From assembly GCF_004010195.1 (NCBI RefSeq), contig NC_057757.1:5465093-5510502 (forward strand): a stretch of DNA of 45,410 nt. The letters are read 5' to 3'. Below are positions 11,460-22,782 of this stretch, one piece after another. The notes beneath the pieces are model-generated. The model was not told the DNA's origin, did no database searches, and worked only from the letters and a program-made list of their open reading frames with translations. The DNA comes from Chiloscyllium plagiosum (Eukaryota). A program made the position numbers and the translations under genes. Numbering within the stretch: position 1 is the stretch's first letter; each line of letters starts with the position of its first letter.

Positions 11460-11599
11460 CTAGAACCAAAGGGTGGGGGTCGGGGAATGGGGAAGTCAGG
11501 TCAATCACGGCCATAGTGGGTCCTCTCAAATACCACGGCAACACGACCTTTCACCATCTACCCTCGGGTGTGTACTGGGCGGGAAGGCCAGCGCCTGGC

Positions 11600-11880
11600 C
11601 CAGGCAGCACAGACTGCGCTAGCTAGGCCATGCCCAATGCATGGAGGTAGGCTGCATTCCAAAGGATATCCTCAGTGGAGAGCTCGCAGCCAGGAACAGA
11701 CTCACTGGGTGTCTCCATCTGCACCACAAGGGACATGAAAGTGTTTGATATCGTTACGGAGCCCTGGGAAAGGCTTGCAGCTGACTGCACGAGATGGAGA
11801 AGCACCCTGAACCGACACCTCAAAACAGGGGGAAGGAGGCTGGTGAGCCCTGCAGCAGACAAGCAGGAAGGAGTGCAGCA
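11600..11880 (+). mobile_element. RTE (BovB-like) LINE 3' coding remnant
   Basis: Translates to RLR*LGH...IPKDILSGEL and RDMK.FDI..E.WE.LAAD..RWRS, typical of an RTE ORF C-terminus. Confidence 0.75.
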
Positions 11881-11904
11881 GCTCTGGCAGATACAGACTC
11901 AGAG

Positions 11905-12325
11905 AGATATACAGCACGGAAACAGACCGTTTGGTCCAACCCGTCCATGCCGACCAGATATCCCAACCCAATCTAGTCCCACCTGCCAGCACCTGGCCCA
12001 TATCCCTCCAAACCCTTCCTATTCATATACCCATCCAAATGCCTCTTAAATGTTGCACTTGTACCAGCCTCCATCACTTCCTTTGGCAGCTCATTCCATA
12101 TACGTACCACCCTCCGAGTGAAAAAGTTGCCCCTTAGGTCTCTTTTATATCTTTCCCCTCTCACCCTAAACATATCACCTCTAGTTCTGGACTACCCCAC
12201 CCCAGGGAAAAGACCTTGACTATTTACCCTATCCATGCTCCCCCTCATGATTTTATAAACCTCTATAAGGTCAGCCCTCAGCCTCCGGCGCTCCAGGGAA
12301 AACAGCCCCAGCCTGTTCAGCCCCT
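11905..12325 (-). mobile_element. CR1/HER1-like LINE 3' fragment
   Basis: RGNFFTRRVVRIWNELP...FKRHLDGYM plus 3' UTR. Confidence 0.85.
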
Positions 12326-13019
12326 CAACCAAGATCAATGACCACATACAGATGTGACCCTTGTGACCAGGACTGTCACTCCAGCGTTGGTCTCTTCAGT
12401 CACAACGGACGTTGCTTCAGGGAAGCAGAAGGCTAGAGCAACGCTGATGCAACCCATGGTCAGCCATGACCGAGAGGGGCCCCACCCACCCTCGGGAACT
12501 GTGTGCCCACCCAATGTACCTCCTGCCACACATTCCCTTTGCCTCTTACCGCCCCCCCCTTCCCATAAGAAAGGGGTAGACCATTTACCCCATCGCGTTT
12601 GGTCCATGATGCAGTCAGAATATGCCTGAGGCAACTATGGCTTCAATTCCCCGTGATACCCCCCCCGACCCCCTTCTCAATGACAAATCCCTCTACCTCA
12701 GTCCTGGAACATATTCAAAGCCAACCACCCCTCCTTCTCCCCACCGGGAGGGAAAACTTTCGAACCTTCAAAGCCGTCCAAGAGAGAAAGATAAACATCT
12801 TCCTCAACTCCAGTGTAAAGCCTTTAGTTTGAAAGCGTGTCCCCTCGTCTTTAGACTCCCCTCCCACTCACCCTTACCAGGGGCAACGTCCTTCAGTCAT
12901 CTACTCTGCACTCCACCCCTCACTTCCCGCCACACCCCAAAGTCTTAATGCTTCAATAGGATCATCTCGCATTCTTCCAAGCTCCCACCGGAGCGTAGGC
13001 CTGACCACCCATTCTAACA

Positions 13020-14090
13020 CAGAGTCCTACAGCTCAGAAACAGACCCTTCGTACACGCTGACCAGATATCTTAAATTAATCTCGTTCCATTTGCCTGTGT
13101 CAGGCCCATTATCCCCCTAAACCCTTCCTATTCATCTACCCATCCACATGCCTTTTAAATGCTGTAATTGTACCAGCCTCCACCACTTCCTCTGGCAGCT
13201 CATTCCATACATGTACCACCCTCTGCATGAAAAAGTTGCTCGTTAGGTTCCTTTTAAACGTTTTCCCTCTCACTTTAAACCTATGCCCTCTAGATCTTGA
13301 CTCCCCTACTCTGGGGGGAAAAGACTTTGCCTATTTACACTATCCGTGCCCCTCATGATTTTGTAAACCTCTATAAGGTCACCCCTTAGTCTCCGACGCT
13401 CCAGGGAAAACAGCCCCAGCCTGTTCAGCTCTCCCTGTAGCTCAGATCCTCCAACCCTGGCAACATCCTTATAAATCTTTTCTGAACCCTCTCAAGTTTA
13501 ACAACATCCTTCCGATAGGAAGGAGACCAGAATTGCACGCAATATTCCAACAGTGGCCTAACCAATGTCCTGTACAGCCACAACATGACCTCCCAACTCC
13601 TGTATCCAATACTCTGACCAATAAAGGAAAGCATACCAAATGCCTTCTTCACTATCCTATCTACCTGCGAATCTACTTTCAAGGAGCTATGAACCTGGAC
13701 TCCAAGGTCTCTCTGTTCAACAACATTCCCCAGGACCTTATCATTAAGTGCATAATTCCTGCTCGGATTTGTCTTTCTAAAATGCAGCACCTCGCATTTA
13801 TTGGAATTAAACTCCATCTGCCACTCCTCAGCCCATTGACCCATCTGATCAAGACCCCATTGTAATCTGAGGTAACCCTCTTCGCTGTTCACTCCACCTC
13901 CAATTTTGGCGTCATCTGCAAACTTACTAACTGTACCTCTTATGCTGGCATCCAAATCATTTATGTAAATGACAAAGAGTAGTGGACCCAGCACCGATCC
14001 TTGGGGCACTCCACTGGTCACAGGCCTTCAGTCTGAAAAACAACCCTCCACCACCACCCTCTGTCTTCTACCTTCGAGCCAGTTCTGCAT
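13020..14090 (-). mobile_element. CR1/HER1-like LINE, RT domain to 3' end
   Basis: ORF 13425..14021: SGVPQGSVLGPLLF..YINDLD...KFADDAK...LEYCVQFWSP. Confidence 0.92.
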
Positions 14091-14094
14091 TGAA

Positions 14095-14470
14095 ATGGCT
14101 GGAAAAGCTCAGCGACCACTCTTGGAGAAAGAGCGGAGTTCATGTTTCAGGGTCCGGCGACCCTTCCTCAGACCTGATGCTAACTGCAAAACAGTTCAGT
14201 CTTATGCAGAAGGCCGGGGGCGGGCGGGGGGGAGTAAGGTGTAAACAATAAGTGGAGATAAAGCCCAAAGACTGAGAAAAGAACAGTTGGCCACACAAAG
14301 AAGTGGATAACACTCCTTGGAGAACAAATAGCTGCTGATGAGGACTATCAGGAGTTAACAATGGGCTGTGCGCAATAGCAGACTCTGTGATAACAAGGCC
14401 TGGCATGTGGGGGGTTGGGTAAGGAGGTGGGAGATAGTGCCTCACATTGCTGAACTCAATACTGAGTCTG
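14095..14470 (-). mobile_element. Penelope-like element 3' remnant with degenerate hammerhead (14137-14175)
   Basis: Minus strand: endonuclease-like terminus LSIEFSNVR, then GGU-CUGAGGA-AGGGUC-GCCG-GACCCU-GAAAC. Confidence 0.55.
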
Positions 14471-15871
14471 GAACCTTCCTGGAGTACTGCATACAGTTTT
14501 GGTCTCCCTGCCTGAGAAAGGATGTACATGGCGCTGGAGGGGGTGCACAGGAAGATCACTCGGAGTTGAGAGGGTTGGCTTATGAGGAGAGACTGGGACT
14601 ATATTCATTGAAATTTATTAGTCAGAGTATTGAGTACAGGAGTTGGGAGGTCATGCTGCGGCTGTACAGGACATTGGTTAGGCCACTGTTGGAATATTGT
14701 GTGCAATTCTGGTCTCCTTCCTATCGGAAAGATGTTGTGAAACTTGAAAGGGTTCAGAAAGGCTAGATGAACAAGGGGGTGGGGAATTCTCTGCCGTGGA
14801 AAGGCATTGATGCCCAACTACTGAATATTTCTAAAAGAGTTGTCTGTGGGGGGTGGAGGGGTTAAGGGATCAAAGGGTGTGGGGGCGGGGCAGAGGGAGA
14901 AAACAGAATGGGATGATCAGCCACGATCACACGGAACAGCAGCAGGCCTGGCGGGCCGAATGGCCCACTGCTGCTCCTGTTCCTTTCGCGTCAGCGTGAG
15001 GGGTGACGGAGACAGATTCAACAGGGAGGTTCAAAATGGGAGCAGTACTGGAACGCTGCAGAGGCCTAACAGCGAGTGAGCTAGTCCCAGCACGAGGGGC
15101 CAAATGGCCTGTCATTTCCAAATCCAGGAGCCGCCAGCAGTTAGGTAGATATTCAATAAAATAGGGAAAAGGACAAGATAGCGAGATGGGGAGTGGGGGG
15201 GTGGGGAGAGAGAGGGGGCTGACGCTGTACAAACAGGTTCAGAATGAACTCTGTGGCTGGCAGATAAATTCCAATCTTTATTAACAATTTAATAAAGATC
15301 TGTAAAATATTTTTAATCATGAAGCCATGGTCTGGTTGACACAGGCTGGAGAAACGAGCCTCCCCATGGTGAGAGACCGTGTTACTTGGGGGGTACAAAA
15401 GGAAAGCGTGGGCAGGGGACAATTAGAAGGGAGGTGCAGACAGACGCATGATCCGGAACCTTCCGTTAAAGTTCACCTTTGTTCTGTTTCTGTTTGCCGA
15501 GTCCCCTTTCAGCATCAGAGTTTCCAAAATGCGCTCGGGGTGTCTCCCCGTTAGCACAAAGTCCTCTCTCACATCCTTTCACTTTCTCAAACAAACAATC
15601 ATAGGATCCCGACAGTGTGGAAGCAGGCCATTCAGCCCGTTGAGTCCACACCGTCCCGCTGAAGACACGCCTTAAACGTTGCCAACGTACCTCTTTCCAC
15701 CACCTCCACTGGCAGTGTGTTCCAGGCACCCACCACCCTCCTTGTGAAAACTGTCCCCCTATTTCTCCCCTAAACTTTCCCCCTCTCACCTTGAACCAGT
15801 GTTCTCTTGTAGTTGAGCCCTCCACCCTGGGGTCAAAGCCTCTGACTATCCACCCTATCCATACCTCTGGT

Positions 15872-16063
15872 TAAAAATCACCCAACACCAGGTTCTAGTC
15901 CAACAGGTTGACTTGGAAGCACTAACTTTCAGAGCGCTGCTACAACCACCTGATGAAGGAGCGTCGCTCTGAAAGCTAGTGCTTCCAATTAAACCTGTTG
16001 GACTACAACCTGGTGTTGTGTGATTTTTAACTTTGTCTAACACCGGCATCTCCAAATCATGTC
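15872..16063 (+). mobile_element. Palindromic non-autonomous Penelope-derived element with central hammerhead motif
   Basis: ~65-bp inverted arms (15871-15936 / 15965-16030); tacctctggt duplicated at 15862-15871 and 16064-16073; inserted in a CR1 fragment. Confidence 0.75.
15947..15981 (+). ncRNA. Minimal hammerhead ribozyme motif
   Basis: CAC-CUGAUGA-A-GGAGC-GUC-GCUCU-GAAAG-CUA-GUG: core, helix II, palindromic AGCU, helix I CAC/GUG; predicted cut after A15978. Confidence 0.7.
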
Positions 16064-16206
16064 TACCTCTGGTAATTTTGTAGATCTCTATCAGATTGCC
16101 CCTCAACCTCTGCCTTTCCAGTGAAAATAATCTGAGTTTAGCCAACCTCTCCTCATAACTAAAGTCCTCCAATTCTGTAAAACCTTCTCTGTGACACAGA
16201 GTCTAG

Positions 16207-16690
16207 AGTCATAGAGATGTACAGCATGGAGAAAGACCCTTCGGTCCAACCTGTCCATGCCGACCAGATATTCTAACCCAATCTAGTCCCACCTGCCAGC
16301 ACCCGGCCCATATCCCTCCAAACCCTTCCTATTCATATACCCATCCAAATGCTTCTTAAAATATTGCAATTGTACCAGCCTCCACCACATCCTCTGGCAG
16401 CTCATTCCAAACACGTACCGCCCTCTGCATGAAAAGGTTGCCCCTTAGGTCTCTTTTATATCTTTCCGCTCTCACCCTAAACCTATGCCCCTCTAGTTCT
16501 GGACTCCCTGACCCCAGGGAAAAGACTTTGCCTATTTATCCTATCCATGCCCCTCATAATTTTGTAAACCTCTATGAGGTCACCCCTCGGCCTCCAACGC
16601 TCCAGGGAAAACAGCCCCAGCCTGTTCAGCCTCTCCCTATAGCTCAAACCCTCCAACCCTGGCAACATCCTTGTAAATCTTTTCTGAACG
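16207..16690 (-). mobile_element. CR1/HER1-like LINE 3' fragment
   Basis: MLPGLEGLSYRERLNRLGLFSLE..RGDLIEVYKIM plus a (ctatgact)-type tail. Confidence 0.88.
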
Positions 16691-16993
16691 ACATCTCCAA
16701 AGCCTTCACCTCCTTCTGGTAGTGTGGCGACCAGAACTCCACGCGGTATCCCATATGCGGCCTAAAGTTTTATACACTGTAACACAACTTGCCACCTTTT
16801 ATATTCAATGCCCTGAAAGGCCTCATGCTTTCACGGCCACTTTACCCATCCGTCTTGTGGACCTGTACATCCAAATCCCTCTCTACGTCAATGAGCACCA
16901 ACGGCCCCCTGTCTCTCTGCCAACAGGTCTGTATTGCCTCTTCATTGAAACAGTCAATGTCGAAGCAGAGTAGGCCTATCGACCTCCCAAGGC

Positions 16994-17106
16994 GAAAGTG
17001 AGGACTGCGGACGCTAGAGATTAGAGTCGAGAGTGCGGTGTTGGAAAGGCACAGCAGGTCAGGCAGCAGGATGTTTCGGGCAAAAGCCCTTCAATCGGGA
17101 ATGATT
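16994..17106. mobile_element. Short Penelope-derived element, degenerate hammerhead on the minus strand
   Basis: Same family text (ggaaaggcacagcaggtcaggcagc, tttcgggcaaaagcccttc); 13-bp direct repeat gacctcccaaggc/gaccttccaaggc at 16981-16993 and 17107-17119. Confidence 0.65.
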
Positions 17107-17180
17107 GACCTTCCAAGGCTGCTTCACCGTTTAATAGGATCACATCCGAACATCCAGTACCCTGTTCCCACTCTCTCCCC

Positions 17181-17430
17181 TTCAATTCCCGCCTCAGGCG
17201 ACTGACTGTGTGGAGTTTGCACATCCTCCCCATGTCTGCATGGGTTTCCTCCCACAGTCCAAAAAAACGTGCAGGTCAGGTGAATTGGCCATGCTAAATT
17301 GCCCGTAGTGTAAGGTGAAGGGGTAAATGTAGGGGAATGGTTCTGGGTGGGTTGCGCTTCAGTGGGTCGGTGTGGACTTGTTGGGCTGAAGGGCCTGTTT
17401 CCACACTGTAAGTAATCTAATCTAATCTAA
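17181..17430 (+). mobile_element. HE1-like SINE
   Basis: tgtgtggagtttgcac core, gggcctgtttccacactgta tail and (taatc)n end. Confidence 0.85.
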
Positions 17431-17801
17431 AATAAAACTAAAACTAGGAAATCTGACACGTTCTCAAAACTCCACCACCCCCCATCTCAGATTCTTCAGT
17501 TAATTATCTTCCTACCGGACCCCCTTGATTACGAACTTCCCGCCAACAGAGGCGGTCTCTCCCTAACCACGCCTTGGGATTTAAAACACCCCGATTAAGT
17601 CAGTCAGGTACGTACCTCATAGGAAGTGGAGTCACAGGTAGACGGGGGAGGAGGGAGGGGGTTAAGGTGGCGTTTGAGATGTTCACCTCCATTTCTTGGC
17701 CCACTGGGTAGAGGGAGTTGGGATGTCATGTCACAGTGGTACGGGGCGTTGGTGAGTTTTGGAGGAATACACGCCAGGAGCAGGCAGCTGGGACTAGTTT
17801 A

Positions 17802-17980
17802 GGTAAAAACAATGACTGCAGATGCTGGAAACCAGATTCTGGATTAGAGTGGTGCTGGAAAAGCACAGCAGTTCAGGCAGCATCCAAGGAGTGTGAAGGG
17901 CTTTTGCCCGAAACACCGATTTTCCTGCTCCTCGGATGCTGCCTGAACTGCTGTGCTTTTCCAGCACCACTCTACTCCAG
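17802..17980. mobile_element. Palindromic Penelope-derived element with partial hammerhead
   Basis: Inverted arms agagtggtgctggaaaagcacagcagttcaggcagcatcc / its reverse complement; 16-bp direct repeat (15/16) at 17786-17801 and 17981-17996. Confidence 0.72.
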
Positions 17981-18314
17981 AGCTGGGACTAGGTTAGTTT
18001 GAGATTAGGGTTGGGATGGGCTAGTTGGGCCGAAGAGTCTGCTTCCATGCTGAATGGCTCTACAATTCTCCCTGTGGCTCTCTACGCTCCGCGGAGAGAT
18101 ATCCCAGCTTCCCCACGCTCTCTTCATGTCCCTGGTAACCCTTCGATGGACCAGATTTCACATCCTTTCTCAAGTAGAGGTGGTCGCAAGTCTCCAAGTA
18201 GGGCTTCCCACAATGAGGCCCGTCATTCCACAGCCACCCTGTACTGTACTGTCAGCATCTACCAATCCCCCGTTCCTCAGATATCCCACACCTCAATCGT
18301 TACTCAATATTTAC

Positions 18315-18370
18315 CGCTCTCAAATTGGGATTCCCAGTTGGTCGAGTTCCGATTGCCGGTCTTCACATCA
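18315..18370 (-). CDS. ARHGEF15: Ephexin-family RhoGEF coding exon 4, 56 nt (SDVKTGNRNSTNWESQFES)
   Basis: Acceptor ctcctttatcgtAG; donor G|GTAAAT; phase 2 to 1, leading directly into E-PLYQTY. Confidence 0.8.
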
Positions 18371-18509
18371 CTACGATAAAGGAGAGGTGAAACAGTTGTC
18401 ATTAGCGGTCCAATCCATCGGAATTATTACACGTCTCCAACGCACACCATGGTTAAAGGGAAGGCCTTGATTCACAAACTGTTGTTAACACATCACAACA
18501 GCAGACAGA

Positions 18510-19842
18510 TGGAGTCACAGAGCCATACAGCACGGAAACAGACCCTTCATCGCCACCCGTCCACGCCAACCAGATTTCCAAAATTAATCCAGTCCCATTT
18601 CCCAGCATTTGGCCCATATCCCTCTAAACCCTTCCTATCCAGATACCCATCCAGATGCCTTTTAAATGCTATAATTGTACCAGCCTCCACCATTTCCTCT
18701 GGCAGCTCATTCTCTCCACGCACCACCCTCTGTGTGAAAAAAGTTACCTCTCGAGCCCCTTTTAAGTCTTTCCCCTCTCACCTTTAAACCTATGCCTTCT
18801 GGTTTTGGACTCCCCCTACCCTGGGGAAAAGACCTTGTCTATTCATCCTATCCATGTCCCTTATGATTTTATAAACCTCTATAAGACCATAAGACATAGG
18901 AGTTGAAGTAAGGCCATTCGGCCCATCAAGTCCACTCGCGCAATTCAATCAGGGCTGATGGGCATTTCAGCGCCACTTACCTGCACTCTCCCCGTATCCC
19001 TTAATTCCTTGTGAGATTAAGAATTTATCAATCTCTGCCTTGAAGACATTTAACATCCTGGCCTCCACTGCACTCTGTGACAATGAATTCCACAGGCCCA
19101 CCACTCTCTGGCTGAAGAAATGTCTCATTTCCGTTGTAAATTGACCCGCTCTAATTCTAAGGCTATGCCCATGGGTCCTAGTCTCCCTGTCTAACAGAGA
19201 CAACTTCCCAGCATCCACCCTTTCTAAGCCATGAATTATCTTGTATGTTTTTATTACATCTCCCCTCAACCTTCTAAACTCTAATGAATACAATCCCAGG
19301 ATCGCAGTTATTCATCGTACGCTAGGCCTACCATTCCAGGGATCATCCGTGTGAATCTCCGCTGGACACGCTCCAGTGCCAGTATGTCCTTCCTGAGGTG
19401 TGGGGCCCAAAATTAGACAATATTCCAAATGGGGCCTAACCAAAGCTTTATAAAGTTTTAGTAGCACATTGCTGCTTTTACATTCCAACCCTCTTGAGAT
19501 AAAACCCTCTATGAGGTCACCCCTCAGCCTCTGACGCTCCAGGGAAAACAGTCCCAGCCTATTCAGCCTCTCCCTATAGCTCAAACCCTCCAACCCTGGC
19601 AACATCCTTGTAAATCTTTTTCATGCAGAGGATGGGACGTATGTGGAATGAGCTGCCAGAAGAAGTGGTGGAGGCTGGTACAATTACAACATTTGAAAAA
19701 CATTTGGATGGGTATATGAATAGGAAGGTTTGGAGGGATATGGGCTGGGTGCTGGCAAAATGGGATTAGATTACTTTAGGATATCAGGTCAGCATGGACA
19801 GGTTGGACCGAAGGTTCTGTTTCTGTGTTGTATGACTCCATG
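18510..19842. mobile_element. CR1 cluster: minus-strand copy 18510-19620 interrupted by a second CR1-family copy (~18886-19500), abutting a plus-strand 3' fragment 19621-19842
   Basis: The host motif ataaacctctataag|gtcacc is split around the insert; ORFs 18967..19293 and 19312..19605 are CR1-like. Confidence 0.8.
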
Positions 19843-20266
19843 ACACTGAAAGAGTGGTGCCCAGTACAGCCTGGAGTCAGGGCCCAGTGTGGACTGGAGG
19901 CTAAATGCTGGTGTGGACTGGGGTGGAAGGGTCGTAATTCTGAACTTCTCATTTCGCGGTTTTCTAATTATTCGTACGGTCGGGATTGCTGGATTTTTCA
20001 TTTCTTTATTTTTCTAATATTTATTTCCTCCCCCCTCCAGTTGAAGAATCTGTACCCGGAGACCCTGGATCCAAGATGGCGGCCGTATGTAGCCAGTTGT
20101 AAACTTTTCGCTGAACTGATTGGAGGGCGTGCATGTAACAATAAAGCTCATTCCATTCAGTGACATCAACGCCAGAAAAGTCCGGGAATTTCGCCCGTGA
20201 AGGACAGTAGAATGGAGAGATCGCTTTGCAGCCCTGCGAGGAGAGTTGGACAGGAAGTGATCTCAC

Positions 20267-20327
20267 CTGCTCTCTACAATCTCCAGATGGGCCTCATAAC
20301 CGTCATGTCTTGAACCATCATCAAGAG
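20267..20327 (-). CDS. ARHGEF15: Ephexin-family RhoGEF coding exon 3, 61 nt (ALDDGSRHDGYEAHLEIVES)
   Basis: Acceptor ttgttcttggcAG; donor CAG|GTGAGA; phase 1 to 2, exactly the bridge needed between the neighbouring exons. Confidence 0.75.
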
Positions 20328-20419
20328 CTGCCAAGAACAATAACATGTTAAAGCAACACTGCACAATATTATGAGACAGATGCTGACCGTCAACCTTTTC
20401 TCTCCCTCAGAGATTAAAT

Positions 20420-21675
20420 GTCTAAGACTAAGGAGCGGGTGTTTAAGGTGAGAGGGTGCAAGTTCAAAAGGAGATGCGAGGGGCAAGTTCTTTTTTTGAC
20501 ACAGAGTCTGGAACGTGCTGCTAGGAGCGGTGATGGAGGTAGATATGATAGGGTAGTTTAAGGGGCTTTTAGATAAGCACATGCGTATGCAAGGAATGGG
20601 GAGGTTATGGAGCAAGGGCAGGCAGAAGGGATTCATTTTGGAAGATCAAATTTGAATGCAGAATACAGGGTTAAAGGCAGTAGTCTTGGCACTGTGGAGG
20701 AACAGAGGGATCTTGAGGTCCATGCCCATAGATCCCTCAAAGTTGCCACTCAAGGTTGATAGGGTTGTTAAGAAGGCGTATGGTGTGCTCGCTTTCATTA
20801 GCAGGGGGATTGAGTTTAAGAGCCGTGAGGTTATGTTGCAGCTCTATAGAGCCCTGGTTAGACCACACTTGGAATGCTGTGTTCAGTTCTGGTCACCTCA
20901 TTATAGGAAGGATGTGGAAACTTTAGAGAGGGTGCAGAGGAGATTTACCAGGATGCTGCCTGGACTGGAGGGCACATCTTATGAAGAAAGATTAGATTCC
21001 CCCTACAGTGTGGAAACAGGCCCTTCGGCCCAAGCAGTTCACACCGACCCTCCGAAAAGTAACCCACCCAGACCCATTTCCCTAATGCACCTAACACTAC
21101 GGGCAATTTAGCACGGCCAATTCACCCTGACCTGCACATATTTGGACTGTGGGAGGAAACCGGAGCACCCAGAGGAAACCCACACAGACATGGGGAGAAC
21201 ATGCAAACTCCACACCGACAGTCGCCCGAGGCTGGGATCGAACCTGGGACCCTGGCGCAGTGAGGCAGCAGTGCTAACCACTGAGCCGCTGTGCCGCCCT
21301 AAAGGTGGAGGGAGCGAGGGCTTTTCTCATTGGAGCGAAGAAGGAGGAGAGGTGACTTGTTAGAGGTGTACAGGACGATGAGAGGAAAGCCAAAGACATT
21401 TCCCAGGACAGAAATGTCAATCACGCGAGGGCATAATTTTAAAGATAATTGGAGGAAGGTTTAGGGGTAGGATCTGTACACACAGAGTGGCGGGTACATG
21501 GAACACACTGCCAGCAGTGTTGTAGAGTCAGAGACATTTAAGCGACTCTTGGATAGGCACACGGAAGATAGTAAAATGAAGGGAATGTAGGTTAGTCTGA
21601 TCTTAGAATAGGATAAAAGGCCAGCATAACAGAGGGCCGAAGGGCCTGTATTGTGCTGTACTGTTCTACATTCTA
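20420..21675 (+). mobile_element. CR1 fragments with a nested minus-strand HE1-like SINE (~20991-21298)
   Basis: ORF 20656..21111 contains RVVKKAYGVLAFISRGIEFKS..RPHLECCVQFWSP; SINE core and tRNA-like head lie on the minus strand. Confidence 0.85.
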
Positions 21676-22152
21676 GAAGGGATTACTTGCTTTTGGCGTC
21701 ATTAACAGCACAACATGGTGGGCCGAACAGCCTGTTCCTGTGTTGTACTGTTTGATGAATGTATGTCCAGACTGGGAGATCTATCCTCCATTTGCTGCCC
21801 TGGTCTGGACTCTGAGCCAGTGTTCCAACTCCCGATCACCATCCCACAACGTGCGTGAGGGAGACAAACAGGTCTCAGCTGTAGAGTTTCTTTTAGCAAC
21901 ATCCCAAGCATAGGTTTACTTATATAAAAAAAATCCCTCGCAGTTAAATCAGAGGTAAATCTAGGCCTTCTCAAGCTCAGGGGTTGGAGGGAGGGCTTAG
22001 TTTCAGACAAAACAATAAAAACACACAAATGCTGGAATCCAAAGCAGACGAGCAGCAGGCTGGAAGGAAACAGACGCAGACACAGGGAGAACAAATGTGT
22101 GGAGTTTGCGCATTCTCCCAGTGTCTGCGTGGGTTTCCTCCAATGGTCCAAA

Positions 22153-22558
22153 GATGTGCAGGTTAGGGTGACTTGGCCATGCTAAATTACCCATAGTGCA
22201 CAGGGATGTGCAGGTTAGGATGGATTGGCCATGCTAAATTACCCATAGTGCACAGGGATGTGCAGGTTAGGGTGAATTGGCCGTGCTAAATTACCCATAG
22301 TGCTCAGGGATGTGCAGGTCAGGGTGGATTAGCCATGCTAAATTACCCATAGTGCCCAGGGATGTGCAGGTTAGGGTGCCTTGGCCATGCTAAATTACCC
22401 ATAGTGCACAGGGATGTGCAGGTTAGGGTGGATTGGCCATGCTAAATTACCCATAGTGCCCAGGGATGTGCAGGTTAGGGTGCCTTGGCCATGCTAAATT
22501 ACCCATAGTGCACAGGGATAGCAGGTTAGGGTGGATTGGCCGTGCTAAATTACCCATG
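22153..22558 (+). repeat. 52-bp tandem repeat (~7.8 copies) inside an HE1-like SINE starting ~22097
   Basis: gatgtgcaggttagggtggattggccatgctaaattacccatagtgcacagg units start at 22153, 22205, 22257, 22309, 22361, 22413, 22465 and 22517. Confidence 0.93.
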
Positions 22559-22782
22559 TTTGCCCACCCACTCAACTCGTCCAAACGGGGCTTGGGGGAG
22601 AATGTAAGGACTCAGGATATGGAGGCAGGTCATCACACTGAACAGAGGAGTGGGACTCGAGGGACTAAATGGCCTACGCCTGCTGTGGCGAGAGGGTGGT
22701 AGAGAGGATTTCGGACACTGAAACGGGGGGGGTGGGGGTAGTCCTCCCAACGAGGAGGGAAGGTTCCAGAAGCAGTCCGTAC

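Noticed and set aside
19990..20160. YY1 motif AAGATGGCGGC and AATAAA as a promoter or gene end
   Set aside because: The context looks like a retroelement 3' tail (similar cttttcactgtact text at ~24300), so it was not called regulatory.
22153..22558. Regularly spaced repeats resembling a CRISPR array (also 2170-2492, 9737-10100, 38790-39365)
   Set aside because: Units are contiguous with no unique spacers, there are no cas genes, and the context is eukaryotic.
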